Below, piece after piece: positions 13,457 to 26,757 of a DNA stretch of 64,000 nucleotides. A model generated the notes under the pieces. That model searched no databases and was not told the DNA's origin. It saw only the letters and a list, made by a program, of their open reading frames with translations. The stretch comes from the human T2T-CHM13v2.0 reference genome, Homo sapiens: NCBI RefSeq assembly GCF_009914755.1, contig NC_060930.1; one strand, written 5' to 3'. The translations under genes and the position numbers were made by a program. The first letter of the stretch is position 1, and every line of letters begins with the position of its first letter.

Positions 13457-14755
13457 ACTATCCCTAACCTCTTTCAAGAGGTTTCAGTTTTCATCCTAAT
13501 TCCTTCCAGATGCTTTCCAGAGCGTTAAAATAGTTATCACTCTCATTAAGAACTGTAGTATATGTACAGTATCACTCACCTATTAATAGTGTACAGTGAA
13601 TAGTGTAGCATAGTGATACGTTTGTACTCTATACTGAGTTACTACTTTATTTATTTAGTTATAAATATATGTGGAGGTCTGAGAGGTCTTATGTCCCAAA
13701 TCTCTCAGTTGCCTATGGGGAAAATATGAGGCCAAAAAAGGTGACTCAACTTTGACACTCTTTTCATGCACATTTTACATTTCAAAAAGTACCAGGAACA
13801 TAGTAAGTGTTCAATAAATAGTAATATTTTAATTACTGCTCTTATAATTGTTTCAGGACAGTAACACACCTTTTTATTCTAATAAATGTACCTGGAATTA
13901 AGCTATTTGCTCAATTTTTACAATATGACGAGTCAAATAGTGTACCACTTGAGGAGAAAATTCTAGTATAAAGAGGTGAAGTAACTTGTCTAAAATCATG
14001 TAATTATGTCATCTAATATCAAATAATAAGTCTTTTCTATTAATGCCTTAATGGTTTCACTCTTGTATAATGATTTAATTTTTCTGGTTTTCCCATTGGC
14101 CTAATTCCACAACATTTTTTGTACAGCTAGTATGCAGAAAAGACTGTATTTGATGGTGGTGACACAGATAAACATGACACAGTTCCTGATTTGAAGGATA
14201 ATTGCTAAGTCATTTATTTCCCTTTGAGGAGAGACCACATATTACAATTGCTTAAATAATCCCAGAGTGAATGAAGTATTAAAGAAAGAAACAGCATTTT
14301 TTGAGTGATCTGTTTTTATTAACGTTCATACTTCTGCATACTACTTCTGTGCTACGATACTTAGTCTCAGGAAGGAAGGTAGTGGCAATTACCATGTTCT
14401 GATTACAGAAAAGGGGTAGTATTCTTCAGGGCCTAGAATAGGATTTACTTTTATACTCTTACATCTAGCAAAATCACATCCATTCTGAAACTCTAGACTG
14501 ACTAACATCTTTTATGGAAGGGCTTTCATTTGTTCTCTGAATGAATCATTCTTCAGAGTTTTGTATTTTGTTCCCAATGTTGTTCTACAACATTATAATA
14601 AAGTGTTCTATTGTTAGATACTTAAGAAGAGAACCATTCTTTACCTTCCTATCCTTAGCATCCCCCATAGTGCTTGACATGCACTAGGTACTTAGTGTAG
14701 TTGGACAAACTAATATTAAAAAGCAGCACTTAAATAGTGCTTAAGAATGGAAAAC

Positions 14756-15122
14756 TATGGAATACTACACAGCCACAAAAAAGAACAAGATCGTGTCCTT
14801 TGCAGTGACATGGATGAAGTGGGTGGGCATTATCCTTAGCAAACTAACACAGGAAGAGAAAACCAAATACCACATGTTCTTACTTATAAGTGGGAGCTAA
14901 ATGATGAGAACACAGGGACACACAGAAGGGAACAACACACACTGGGGCCTACTGTGGGGTGGAGGGTGGCCAGAGGGAGAGGATTAGCAAAAATAACAAA
15001 TGGGCAGTAGGCTTAATACCTGGGTGATGAAATAATCTATACAACTAATTCCCATGACACAAGTTTGCCTATGTAACAAACCTGCACATGTACCACTGAA
15101 CTTAACATAAAAGGTTAAAAAA
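14756..15122 (+). mobile_element. L1PA (older subfamily) 3' end: ORF2 tail and 3'UTR
   Basis: 'atggaatactacacagcc...aaaccaaataccacatgttcttacttataagtgggagctaaatgatgagaac...aacaaacctgcacatgtacc' followed by an A tail. Confidence 0.9.
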
Positions 15123-15659
15123 GGCATTTTTTAAAGAGAACTTTTAAATATAAGGAAGAATAAGGGTCATAATGTCATAAATTAAATACATATGTTTTCC
15201 CCCTACTTCTATATTTTAAAAAATATCTCCGTTGTACGTAACTTGATCTTTGTGACTTCAGCCTTAATAGGTCAATATAATTACTAACAAAACAACAAGA
15301 ACAAAAATGTATGGTTCAGCCAGCTTGTGTATGGCATGTTCATGATAAGTAAATATTAAAAGTATATAAATATGAATATTAAAATATGCTTTTCAATACA
15401 AATCTATCTTAAAGCTAAGATTTACATAAGAACCTCTATCATAAGATAATTGATAACTAGATAAGTCATATTTTTTACAGGCCAAACAAAATTAATTTCT
15501 CCCTCTTCCAATGTTATAATACGTTAACTGCCAATTCTGCACTCACATTATTTTCCCTCATGCTTCTGCAGATAAAGAAATTGGTCCATTTTGCCTTGAC
15601 AGGTTCCCAAAGAGTTACATAAAAAGAGGACTAATTGGCATTCATTTTGCTATTCACTG

Positions 15660-15860
15660 CATTAGCATTTTTATGGCAATGTATGAGTTTAGTTTCCTCT
15701 AACATCATCTCACTTAACATGATAATACAGGAAGGTAGATATTATTTTATCCCCATTTTTTTTTTCATGAGGAGTTTAGTGATCAACCCAAAATGTATAT
15801 ACCTCATAGTGGTAGACTAGAAACTAGAACTCAGGGCCCTTGATACCAATGGCCCTATTC
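15660..15860 (-). mobile_element. MIR fragment
   Basis: Degenerate MIR core 'aggtagatattatt..tatccccatttt...agtggtaga..agaactcagg'. Confidence 0.5.
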
Positions 15861-16494
15861 TTCCTGTGAGCAAAGGATATTCAATACACTTCTACTCACA
15901 CAAATACTGGTAAAGGGTCTTGTGCTCCAAACTCAAAACTTAACAGAAAAGGAACTACAAAGTACACACACTACCTTTCAAGCACTGGCTGATTATTTGT
16001 TATCCTGACTCTCTAAGCTTTCCCAGAAACATGAAATTCTCTTAATAAACCCTTTTATGCTAGGCATCAGTGGATTGCTGAGGAGGAAGATAACCAACCA
16101 GAAATATAGACTTAAATTCATTGTTGAAGTGATTTCAGCATGAACTAGGTTGGAAATGATGCTATTTGTTTAATGGAGAATGATAATTTCAAGGGTTTTA
16201 CAGGGTTCCTTGGATAGTTTTGAACTCGGACAAAGTCTCAAATCACCCCCCTTTAGGAAGAGCAAAAATATGGTAATGGAGGGAACTGAGTATACTCACA
16301 CAAAAGAACAATAATCACTAACACATTCCAAATTTTCTCTGTTAGAAAAAGTTAACTGTAAATTCATGAGTTTTAGCATTTGAGATGTAGTCAGACTAGG
16401 CAATCATGAATTAGTATTTTAATACAAAACTGCAAACCTAGTTTTTTAACCTTTATTTATGTTTATGTTATTTAATAAATGTATAGGTATTCTT

Positions 16495-16612
16495 TTTATC
16501 ATTTTTTCTTTTCATCGAGGTATAATTTAAATAGCATAAAATGTACTCATTTTAATATACGATTAAGTATTTTTAGTATATTTACAGGATTGTTGTACAA
16601 TCATCACAATAT
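16495..16612 (-). mobile_element. L1M 3'-end fragment
   Basis: 'gaggtataattt..cataaaatgtactcattttaa..tttttagtatatttacagg.ttgt..acaatcatcaca' matches the reverse complement of an L1MB/ME terminus. Confidence 0.6.
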
Positions 16613-18127
16613 ATTTATTGTACATTTAAATCAACCTCCCCCACAAATAAAGCAAAAAAAAAAAAAAAAACCCTCCAGCCAACCTAGTTTGTTCTTAACC
16701 AGAAGGGAATCAACATCCAAAGCCATTTTACATAACAACTGCGAAATATTTGATTCCAGAAACTTACAGAAATTTGATAATATATTTAGCCTGTATAGTA
16801 TTAACTTGAGAAATCAAACAATAGACATTTTAGGAACATGAAAAGACATCCCCAAAGTGGCCAATTTGACAAACACTATTTCTGGTATCAGTTCAGCATC
16901 TCCTGGTTATATTCAAAAATAAAAATGTCACTTCTTGATATTAGCAGGAATAAAAGAATGTCATTCTAACTTAGTAGAACCAAGTTTATATTAATGCTTC
17001 CAAAAGATAGCTCTTATGTCAAAATCATAAACCACTCACTGCAAAGTTATGACAACAAATTTATATATAAAACAACGCAAGTGGAACTATCTTATGACAA
17101 CAGCATTTTAAAATAAATAGGATAAATATGTCTAATAAAAGAGGTAAGTCCAAAGTAAAATAGGTAAGTCCAGGTAATTAGCTAAATCACTTATTTTTTG
17201 TCTAATTATTAAAGATTTACATTTCTATGTTTTACCTCCCGATATCTGCTCTTATAAATAGGAGATCTGATTCAAACAGCCTTTGAAATAAGCATCAGAA
17301 TGAAACCTTTAGAATAAAAACCCACTAATTTGTTAAAAAATGGTAAGTCTGAGATCATATACATAGTTTTCATTATGTAGATATAATCTAAATAGGTAAC
17401 AGTTGGTTAAAATTAGCATGGAAATGAAGAATAGATTAGTCTGTGTCCAGGAATTTGGGATAACACTGGTTGCTTTTAGACAGCCAGCCAAAGACCAAGA
17501 GGACCTTGTTATTAGCTTGTTACATTGTTCACACAACACACTACTCTAGTAAAGGCCCGATTTTAATATTGTTGATAACGTAGCACTTTGTTGCATTTAC
17601 TACATAGCATCTATCTTCAGCAATAAGAATTTTTGAAAAGACTGAGAAAGCCCCTAATTTCTGAGATTTCCTTCAGCAGTAAGATTTTTCTGAAGGTTTA
17701 GAAAGTCTCCAATTCGTATTTTCCAAAACATAACTAACCACAACAAAGAATAAGTTAAGGAGGGCATTTCAAGTGCCAGTAAGAAAATAAGTGTAAACTA
17801 CCTTTAGGCTAAGCTACAAGTGCACTATTATCATGGTTATGCCATTTCTTCTGAAATCCTCATGAAATCTGCCATTTATTCGAATATAAAAATGCAAATT
17901 AATATGATCACAAATCTACTGATGAACTTAAAATTCCCTCATGCATATTAAAATGCAGACTCGTCATATATTACAAAGATCATAGTCTATGTAGTAAAAA
18001 ATTGGGTAACATTATGTGAGACAATGAAGCCAACTCTTTCATTATTCCTAATTATCATGTAGTTTATGATCATGAGCATAACAAACAAAAAGGTAAAAGT
18101 GTGAATACATCCTTTACTTCATTTTGA

Positions 18128-18505
<378 letters not shown>

Positions 18506-18693
18506 AATTTTATCTCCTTTTATTTCTCCTGCCAGATCTCTGAAGATGTTAATGAGTACACTAATGGTGTAACAAGCAACAGGAAAAGTTAAAGCTGTAA
18601 ATAATCAACAAGCTGGAAGAATCAAGCTCTGTGCAGAGAAACTAACTAAATGTTCAAGTAAGACACCTCACTTAGGTAGTCACATTATTTCAT

Positions 18694-18719
18694 TCAGTGA
18701 AGATAAACACAAAACATAC
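18694..18719 (-). CDS. EPHA7: Possible read-through tail of exon 5 (GMFCVYLH*) for a truncated, secreted EphA7 isoform
   Basis: The frame continues through the donor to TGA at 18694-18696, with a minus-strand AATAAA at 18519-18524. Secreted truncated EphA7 forms are reported, but that they use this exact tail is inferred. Confidence 0.5.
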
Positions 18720-19055
18720 CTGCTTGACCAGTGGTGATACTGACAGCAGCAAAGAGCCTCTGGGATCGGCTTAAGTCAGAAACTCCATTTACAGCTTCAA
18801 CTTCAAAAGTATAATTAGCGTGGGCTAGCAGGTCCATGACAGTGACATAGTTATCCTCTAATCCAGTCTGCTGGGGCATGTATCCAATGTTACTCCCACA
18901 GGGAACACATTCGCCCTGCTCCCAACTGCACCGCTTACACAATATTCTGTAGGTCACATCGTTTCTTCCCCCATTGTCTGCAGGAGGACTCCATTCCAAA
19001 CTTACTGTGGTTTGGTTGATGTTGAAAATGAGGTTCTGTGGTGCAGATGGAGGCC
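18720..19055 (-). CDS. EPHA7: EPHA7 internal coding exon (exon 5), first fibronectin type III domain: (R)PPSAPQNLIFNINQTTVSLEWSPP...FAAVSITTGQA
   Basis: Eph FN3 signature (LEWSPPADNGGRNDVTY, YTFEVEAVNGVS). Acceptor tttcccaag|GG at 19056/19055 and donor CAG|GTATGT at 18720/18719. Length 336 nt, in frame with the 156-nt exon (A+GG = Arg). Confidence 0.97.
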
Positions 19056-20259
19056 CTTGGGAAACCAAGAATAAATAAGTAAATAAGCAAAAATAGAAAA
19101 AAAAACATACAAACAAAAAGAACAAAAGGATCTGTGTGGGGCATTAAGCTAGTGGCTCAATTACCAAAGAGAAAACGAGTTGAAATGCTTTCTTTCACAT
19201 AAACATTTCATTACCTTTACTAGAGAAGCTGTATAAAAGCCTCCTTGAATTCACTTGGCAAGAGGCTTTATTTATTTTCCTTTTAATACGTCAAAATGAA
19301 AACAGGATAACAACTGTCTTTGTACTTTTGCCACAGTCTTTAACTATTTTTCTTCCAAGCAATTAAAACAGTACAGTTAATGCACCTAAAAAAAACAGCT
19401 GTGCAGTAGTTTAAAAATAGTTCTCCTTTTAACCACATAACAGGGAATACATTTATTCATTTTAATGTACTCAAGAATGATTTATAGCAATGTCTGAGAT
19501 TGGCTTTGGATTTGGATCTCTCAAACATTCATTAATTGAAGAACCAAGATGTGAGATTTGCTCTATTTAGTGAGGTCTGCTCTATTTAGTAATGGAATTT
19601 TAATTCAGAAACCATTACTTTTTAATAACATTTAATATCCATGCAAGACCCTAATAACTTTTTTTTTTTTTTTTGAGACGAGGTTTCATTCTTATTGTCC
19701 AAGCTGGAGTGTAGTGGCACAATCTCGGCTCACTGCAACCTCCGCCTCCCAGGTTCAAGTGATTCTCCTGCTTCAGTCTTCCACGTAGCTGGGATTACAG
19801 GTGGGCGCCACCACTCCCAGCTAATTTTTGTATTTTTGGTAGAGACGGGGTTTCACCATGTTGGCCAGGCTAGTCTCGAACTCCTGACCTCAGGTGATTA
19901 TGATCCACCCGCCTTGGCCTCCCAAAGTGCTGGGATTACAGGCATGAGCCACCCTGCCTGACTGACCCTAATAACTTTTAATTTTACTTATGATTCTTAT
20001 GAGATACATGTGAAAAATATTAAAATGCATCTTAATTTTGCAGACACGGAAATAACACCAAAGTTGATGTAAGATATATTTATATTACTAAACCTATCTG
20101 CTTATGAAAGAAAATTTTATCTTAATATTTTAAAATAATTTTAATATTTAAGTATAATTAAGAATGTATCACAAATTCAATATCTATTTCATTGATGTCA
20201 CAACAGTACAAATGAGTGGAAGGGATTGGAAAGTCCTTTACTTTCATAATACAACTCAC
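19056..20259 (-). other. EPHA7: EPHA7 intron 4 (1204 nt, GT-AG)
   Basis: Lies between the two in-frame exons with canonical ends. Confidence 0.95.
19659..19963 (-). mobile_element. AluS (Sx/Sq-like) element in intron 4
   Basis: Full Alu. TSD gaccctaataac(tttt) starting at 19647 and 19964. Confidence 0.95.
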
Positions 20260-20415
20260 TTGTGCATGCAACGTATGGTGGGTCAGATGGAGCCCTGTAA
20301 TACCCATCTTCACATTCACATCTGGAGGAGCCTTCTTTATCAGAAAAACTGTGAGTTGGACAACGAGAGCACTGAAGATCTTGAGAGGAAGACTTGTAGA
20401 ACCCACGGCCACAGG
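20260..20415 (-). CDS. EPHA7: EPHA7 internal coding exon (exon 4), Cys-rich/EGF-like region: (P)CGRGFYKSSSQDLQCSRCPTHSFSDKEGSSRCECEDGYYRAPSDPPYVACT(R)
   Basis: The minus-strand translation matches the EphA7 Cys-rich region. Acceptor ttttgcattcccag|CC at 20416/20415 and donor CAA|GTGAGT at 20260/20259. Length 156 nt, phase 1-1. Confidence 0.97.
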
Positions 20416-20640
20416 CTGGGAATGCAAAAGAAAGCAAAAATTGAGACATGAGAGCAAATCGATCTTTAAAAAAAAATTGTATTATTTAGCAAGGAATCAA
20501 ATATTAAATGTGATGTATGTAAAACAAGCTCTTGATGATAAAATATTCATTTTAGGGTATTTCACTAGCCAAATGTTATGATAGTTCATCTTAAAACAAA
20601 ATAATACAAACAAAATGATACAGCAAACTTGCACCTGCAG

Positions 20641-20655
20641 TTGGCACCACGCCAA
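20641..20655. promoter_or_regulatory. Perfect NFI palindromic site TTGGC-N5-GCCAA
   Basis: ttggc accac gccaa, with an E-box CACCTG next to it at 20632-20637. Confidence 0.45.
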
Positions 20656-21849
20656 AGTCTGGAGCAGAAAACTGAATACAGGCATAATTTATTTAGCCAA
20701 AACCTTAGAACATTTAATTCCGATATATAATTCAAATTTAACTTGGATTTCAACATAATTAACTGTTTGTTGGTCTGCATTAGAACACTTCAAGTTATGT
20801 TTTCTTAATATAATATAGCTTTAAACTAACTTTTGACATGTTGATTTGGTTCATGTTGAAAAACATTAATGTAACTTTAATTACCAGACTAGAAATAAAT
20901 AACTATGTAAAATTTTTCACCTGAAAATGATAGAAATATATTTTCCCAAATTTTCAGGAAACTCCAAGATAGAATTTCAACCAATTTAAGTTACAAGGCA
21001 GGCTGGTTTCCACTAAGTGAACTTCTTTGTTACTAAAAATAATGAAATCCTATGAATAGGAGATGGCTGCACCACCAGAAACAAGGGGAAAGCCATCAAC
21101 GGCAAGTAGATTATGGCCCTGTTTGTCCTCTGCCGAGAGAGGGTTAGGGTGCAATCACACTAACACAGCAACTTTTCTCAGCAACGAACAGAGATGGACA
21201 GCGAGCATTTCTGCCACCTCCTAATGAAGTTGCTCTTATTCATTTAGATTCTATAATTAAATCCAGTAACAGTGTACCATTTAATATCACTGGACATTTC
21301 ATATATTTATATTTATTTTCAATGAAAATTTAGCAAGTTATTTTTACATTATTTCAATAATTTTTATTAATATAATATATTATATATTGAAGACATTAAT
21401 CTATTCTTCATATTTATTAAATAAACATCTACTTAAATTTCAGTAACCTTCATATTTAGCTAAAAGAAAATCATATCTGTAAAGAAAAGTTAGTGAAAAT
21501 TTAACATAAATAAAAATTTAGCATTTAATTTATTGGCTGAAAGTTCATTTAATATTCTCCACTTGGGTATTATGCAAAAAATTAACCACATTTTTCACTC
21601 TGCGGGGCATGGAAAGCAAGAACAATCCTAAAGTACTGAGATGTCATAGTTTCCAGAAAACAGTTGAGTCATCCCTTAACTTCTGTTCAAATGCTGAATT
21701 TTAATGCACAATTTTGATATATTTGGGAGCTCAAAATAATTTAGGGGGCATCAAGAAAGTAGATTTACATTAACAAGATAGGTATTTTATATAATTTAAA
21801 GACTCAATTTAAAGGTATGTTATGTTGTGAATATAGATCCATCGATCAA

Positions 21850-21853
21850 TAGA

Positions 21854-21928
<75 letters not shown>

Positions 21929-21943
21929 GATAGACAGATAGAT
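21850..21943. repeat. Compound (GA)n(GATA)n microsatellite
   Basis: About 15 GA units followed by about 10 GATA units. Confidence 0.95.
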
Positions 21944-24900
21944 TTATACAGGGCTACAACCATCTCATTGTAAATTTATGACCCACTACTGCCCTCAGAA
22001 GCCAGTTGGCTATGTTGTCTTTAGTTGGCTTCTCAATTAATACAAGAGGAAAGCAGTTACAAAAACATTAAGCAAAGATGCATAATGCATCTTCACTTGT
22101 TTTCAATAGCAATTATTGCAAATATAAGGCATAGAGAGAACAATGATATTGATTACTAAACATAACAAAAATATACAACCTTAAAATGTTTCTAAATATA
22201 TGATCTTGTCACATTAAAAAATATGGTTAACAGAAAGGATAAAGGGTTTAGCTTAGATTTCTCGGGATGGAAATTCTTCTTTTTTAAAATATTCATTGAT
22301 CTTGCTTTATGTATTATTTGTAATTCAAAGATCAGAGACAACATTCCATAAAACAGAGAAAGCAATGCTTTACTCACAACTCGCTGTCTGAGACATTAAG
22401 GCCTGGACAAGTAAAACAAACAACCAAAGTAGACATACAGACAAATAAGAGGTGTGTGCTGACAAGTTTTTGATGACATTGTGTGTATGTTTACTGTTTT
22501 ACAGGGCAAGGAGGTTATGGGGGGACAATGGCAACACGATTTAACATTTCCAAAATGATGTTTACTAGTGGAATTCCTCAGAATTCTCATTCTCCCATTG
22601 CAAATAAAAGCCTCTAAATAAAGGCTAATTCCCCTTTTTCCACAAATGAGGTGCATTCCTTGCTCAACTTACATGATTTCAAGAATCTATATGATACTAA
22701 TGCAGAGAAATTTCAAACTCTTATCACTTAACTTTCAAATTACGTTGAATTTTGTTACCCTTTTAACAGATGGGAAAACAGATTTAAAGCAAAAGTAACC
22801 TGAGTTCTTCCAATAATTCTGTTTGTCTAGGATAAAACTGGATTTAAAACACAGGACTACTGACACTCAGCCTTATGCTATTCTACCATCATCATTTACT
22901 GTTAAAAGAGCCAAAGTTTGACACTTACGTAATGGGACTCAAGGGCTTTAGCTACCCTAAAACTTAATTTTCAATGGATCCTTATTATTTTTATTATACA
23001 TTTTTACTAATTGAAAGCTATTACTTTAACTTAGAAAGCTATGAAATAATATCCCAACATACCTTAAGAAGAGATATTAAACAGATATTGTCAATTTCAC
23101 TATGAATTTTGACACTGATGATACCTGCACAATTATGGAATATATGTATGACTATCATTAAATAGATAAAGGCAATACCGGAAAAATGTGATCATAAAAG
23201 TCTTAACATTTTTTCTTTGAAGTAATATTCTGTCTCAGTTCAGTTAATATTGAAAATAATAAGTTGAAGCAAGCCAGTTTTCATTTGATCTCAAAGGAAA
23301 CTACCAATTTAGAGTTATTAAAAGTAAGTACAAAAGCGCTGGAGCAATGGTGTTGAGAGTAAAGCCAAGAACATGCAAAAAAAACAAAAGCAGTACCTCT
23401 TATAATAACAGTGATCTACTGGGTGGAAAAAGCTTGGGAAAGCAGTAACAGATGCTCTTAACATTAGAAATTGTGATAAGATATCTACACGAAATACTTA
23501 GAGTTAAATACTCAATGAGATAAAGCAGGGTAAAGTGGCATATCTGAGAGATACATACATACAGGAAAGTTAGACGAGCTCACCAACTACTCCCAGAAAA
23601 GCTACATGGAAATCCAGGCAATTTCTCCTCTCTCTAAATGCAGCTGGTTTTCTGGAAACTACTAGTAAAAAGTCTTCAGAGGTAAATGCCTTCTGAAACC
23701 TTAAATTCCCTTCATACATAATTATGTAGTATACAACAACATTCTAGGAATTGTGCAACAGCAGTTTTACAAATTTTTCCTCTGCTTTATTTCTCAATCT
23801 GTTCAATAGCACATGAATTCAAAGCAAACTTTAATTGATATAGCATGTGCCCTTTGATATAGTATGTACCCTATGGATAAAGTTAGTGACATTACGAAAT
23901 ATAGCATTGTAACTTTGTGTCTTTTGATGTTTTTGCTTTTCTAACTGAACATTCACTATATTGATAAAAATTAGGGATATGTATAAAAATTGTTTTAAAT
24001 ATTTAATTACTTTTGTAAAAATAATATTTCACCTCTTATTTTAATAACAGTATTTTTACATGATACCATGAAGGCCTAGGATTGATTCTTTTGACTGTTC
24101 TTTTAGTCCTTAGGGCCTTAATGAATAAAATAAGCTCATTATCCTAGAGTTAAAACCTGTAATCTTGTCAGATTTCATATGTTAAGCAAGTTTTTGCTTA
24201 GTCTGTTCTTTAAATGCAAAACCACCAAAGAAAAAGGAAATCTAGGAGATACATGAAACTTCTATATACCAGAGTAATAGTATTATTTACTGCAATATAT
24301 CTACTAAATTATATTACAACACATTAAGTCATAAGATCTGCTATATTACTGTTATGAAATAAATGTAGTTTATTGTATTTAATCTCAACTATTTAAATAT
24401 TGTCCCACAAAGTTGATTTAAATAATATTTTTAATTTAAAATTTTTAACAAAGAACATGAAAGGCAATCAGGTTTCCCATTTATAAATTATTTAAGAATA
24501 AAAAAGCACCAAAATTCTGAAATCAAATTATTTAAATATACAAGAGAGTTGATACCAAAACCTTCTATGCTGATTCTCCATTAAATTCTCCTAACAATCA
24601 CATAATCCATAGTTGTCTTCAATAGATGTTTTGTTTAAGCAATGGGATGCCAGGCCACTGAGACTATACTTGCATTATGCAGTCAGTGGACCAATCAGGG
24701 TACTGGTATAACAACTGTAAATGAACAATCCTAAAGGCCACCCAAAAGCCATACATTCCCATGCCTCTTTAACTTAAGCAATTAAGTAGAAATGGAATGT
24801 ATCTTCTTCCTGAATGGGCACAGATACCCATACTTGGTCCAGTTTTTTAGGTTTATGACCTATAATTGCATGCTTGGGAGAAATCTTACCTGATTATATT

Positions 24901-25364
24901 TCTAAGGATCCCCCTTCCGACAATCTTGTTGCTAGAAAATCCACCTACTTCTAGAGTTCTTTTACAGCCAAAAAAAGATTTCCTGATCCTTAATGGACTG
25001 ATTTTTTGGAACTCTTAAGCACCAACTTTTATCTCAGACATACTTCACACCATCCTGAACATTAAGGCACTGATAATCCATATCTTGCTTGGCTATCCTC
25101 CATGGCTGAACATTAGGAAGGCTTTGATAGGACACTAATGTCTTGACTCTATCCAAATAATTAAATCATTATTAGGGCCTAGACATTTCTATATTTTAAA
25201 AAAATTGTATAGGTGTTCAGAACCAACATCCTGGAGGTTCCAGGTATTTTCTTGGACTATCAAAGTCTCTAAAGAATACATGATAATAAAATATCTCCCC
25301 TATAACACTGAGGAGGTAAAATTAGATATTATCAATAATTTTTAAAAAGTGCAAAAATTAAAAT

Positions 25365-26560
<1,196 letters not shown>

Positions 26561-26720
26561 TTCATCAGTAATGTACCTTCAAATCTGAACACTTAAACAG
26601 GCAAACATTAAGAAAAAATAGTAAATTTTATTTGCTTATATTAGTTTATTTTTCTAACATATATACTCTATATGCATCAAATTTTATAAAGTTGCATTTA
26701 GGTAAAAGAAATTACCTATG

Positions 26721-26757
26721 TACAACTACTGTGTACTCACAAAAATTAAAAACTAAA
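26721..26757 (+). mobile_element. Ultra-short L1MA 3'-terminal insertion with 17-bp TSD
   Basis: aaaagaaattacctatg at 26704-26720 and 26758-26774 flanks 'tacaactactgtgtactcacaaaaattaaaaactaaa', which resembles the L1MA terminus. Confidence 0.7.

Noticed and set aside
17142-17178. Three plus-strand donor-like motifs (AGGTAAGT x2, CAGGTAAT)
   Set aside because: Explained by a short local duplication, with no upstream exon evident.
19056-19125. N-terminal hydrophobic 'MFFLFVCFFFYFCLFTYLFLVSQG' on the 143-aa ORF, resembling a signal peptide
   Set aside because: It is the translated polypyrimidine tract of intron 4. There is no evidence of a promoter or start there.
20198-20259. Exon-4 read-through tail (SELYYESK...VLL*)
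   Set aside because: The donor is strong (CAA|GTGAGT) and I have no supporting knowledge of this isoform. A short open frame here is expected by chance.
20164-20581. Plus-strand ORFs of 95 and 121 aa overlapping exon 4
   Set aside because: Antisense shadows of the coding exon with no recognisable protein features.
21210-21228. CTCF-like TGCCACCTCCTAA
   Set aside because: Lacks the conserved terminal GG of the core motif, so it is too weak to call.
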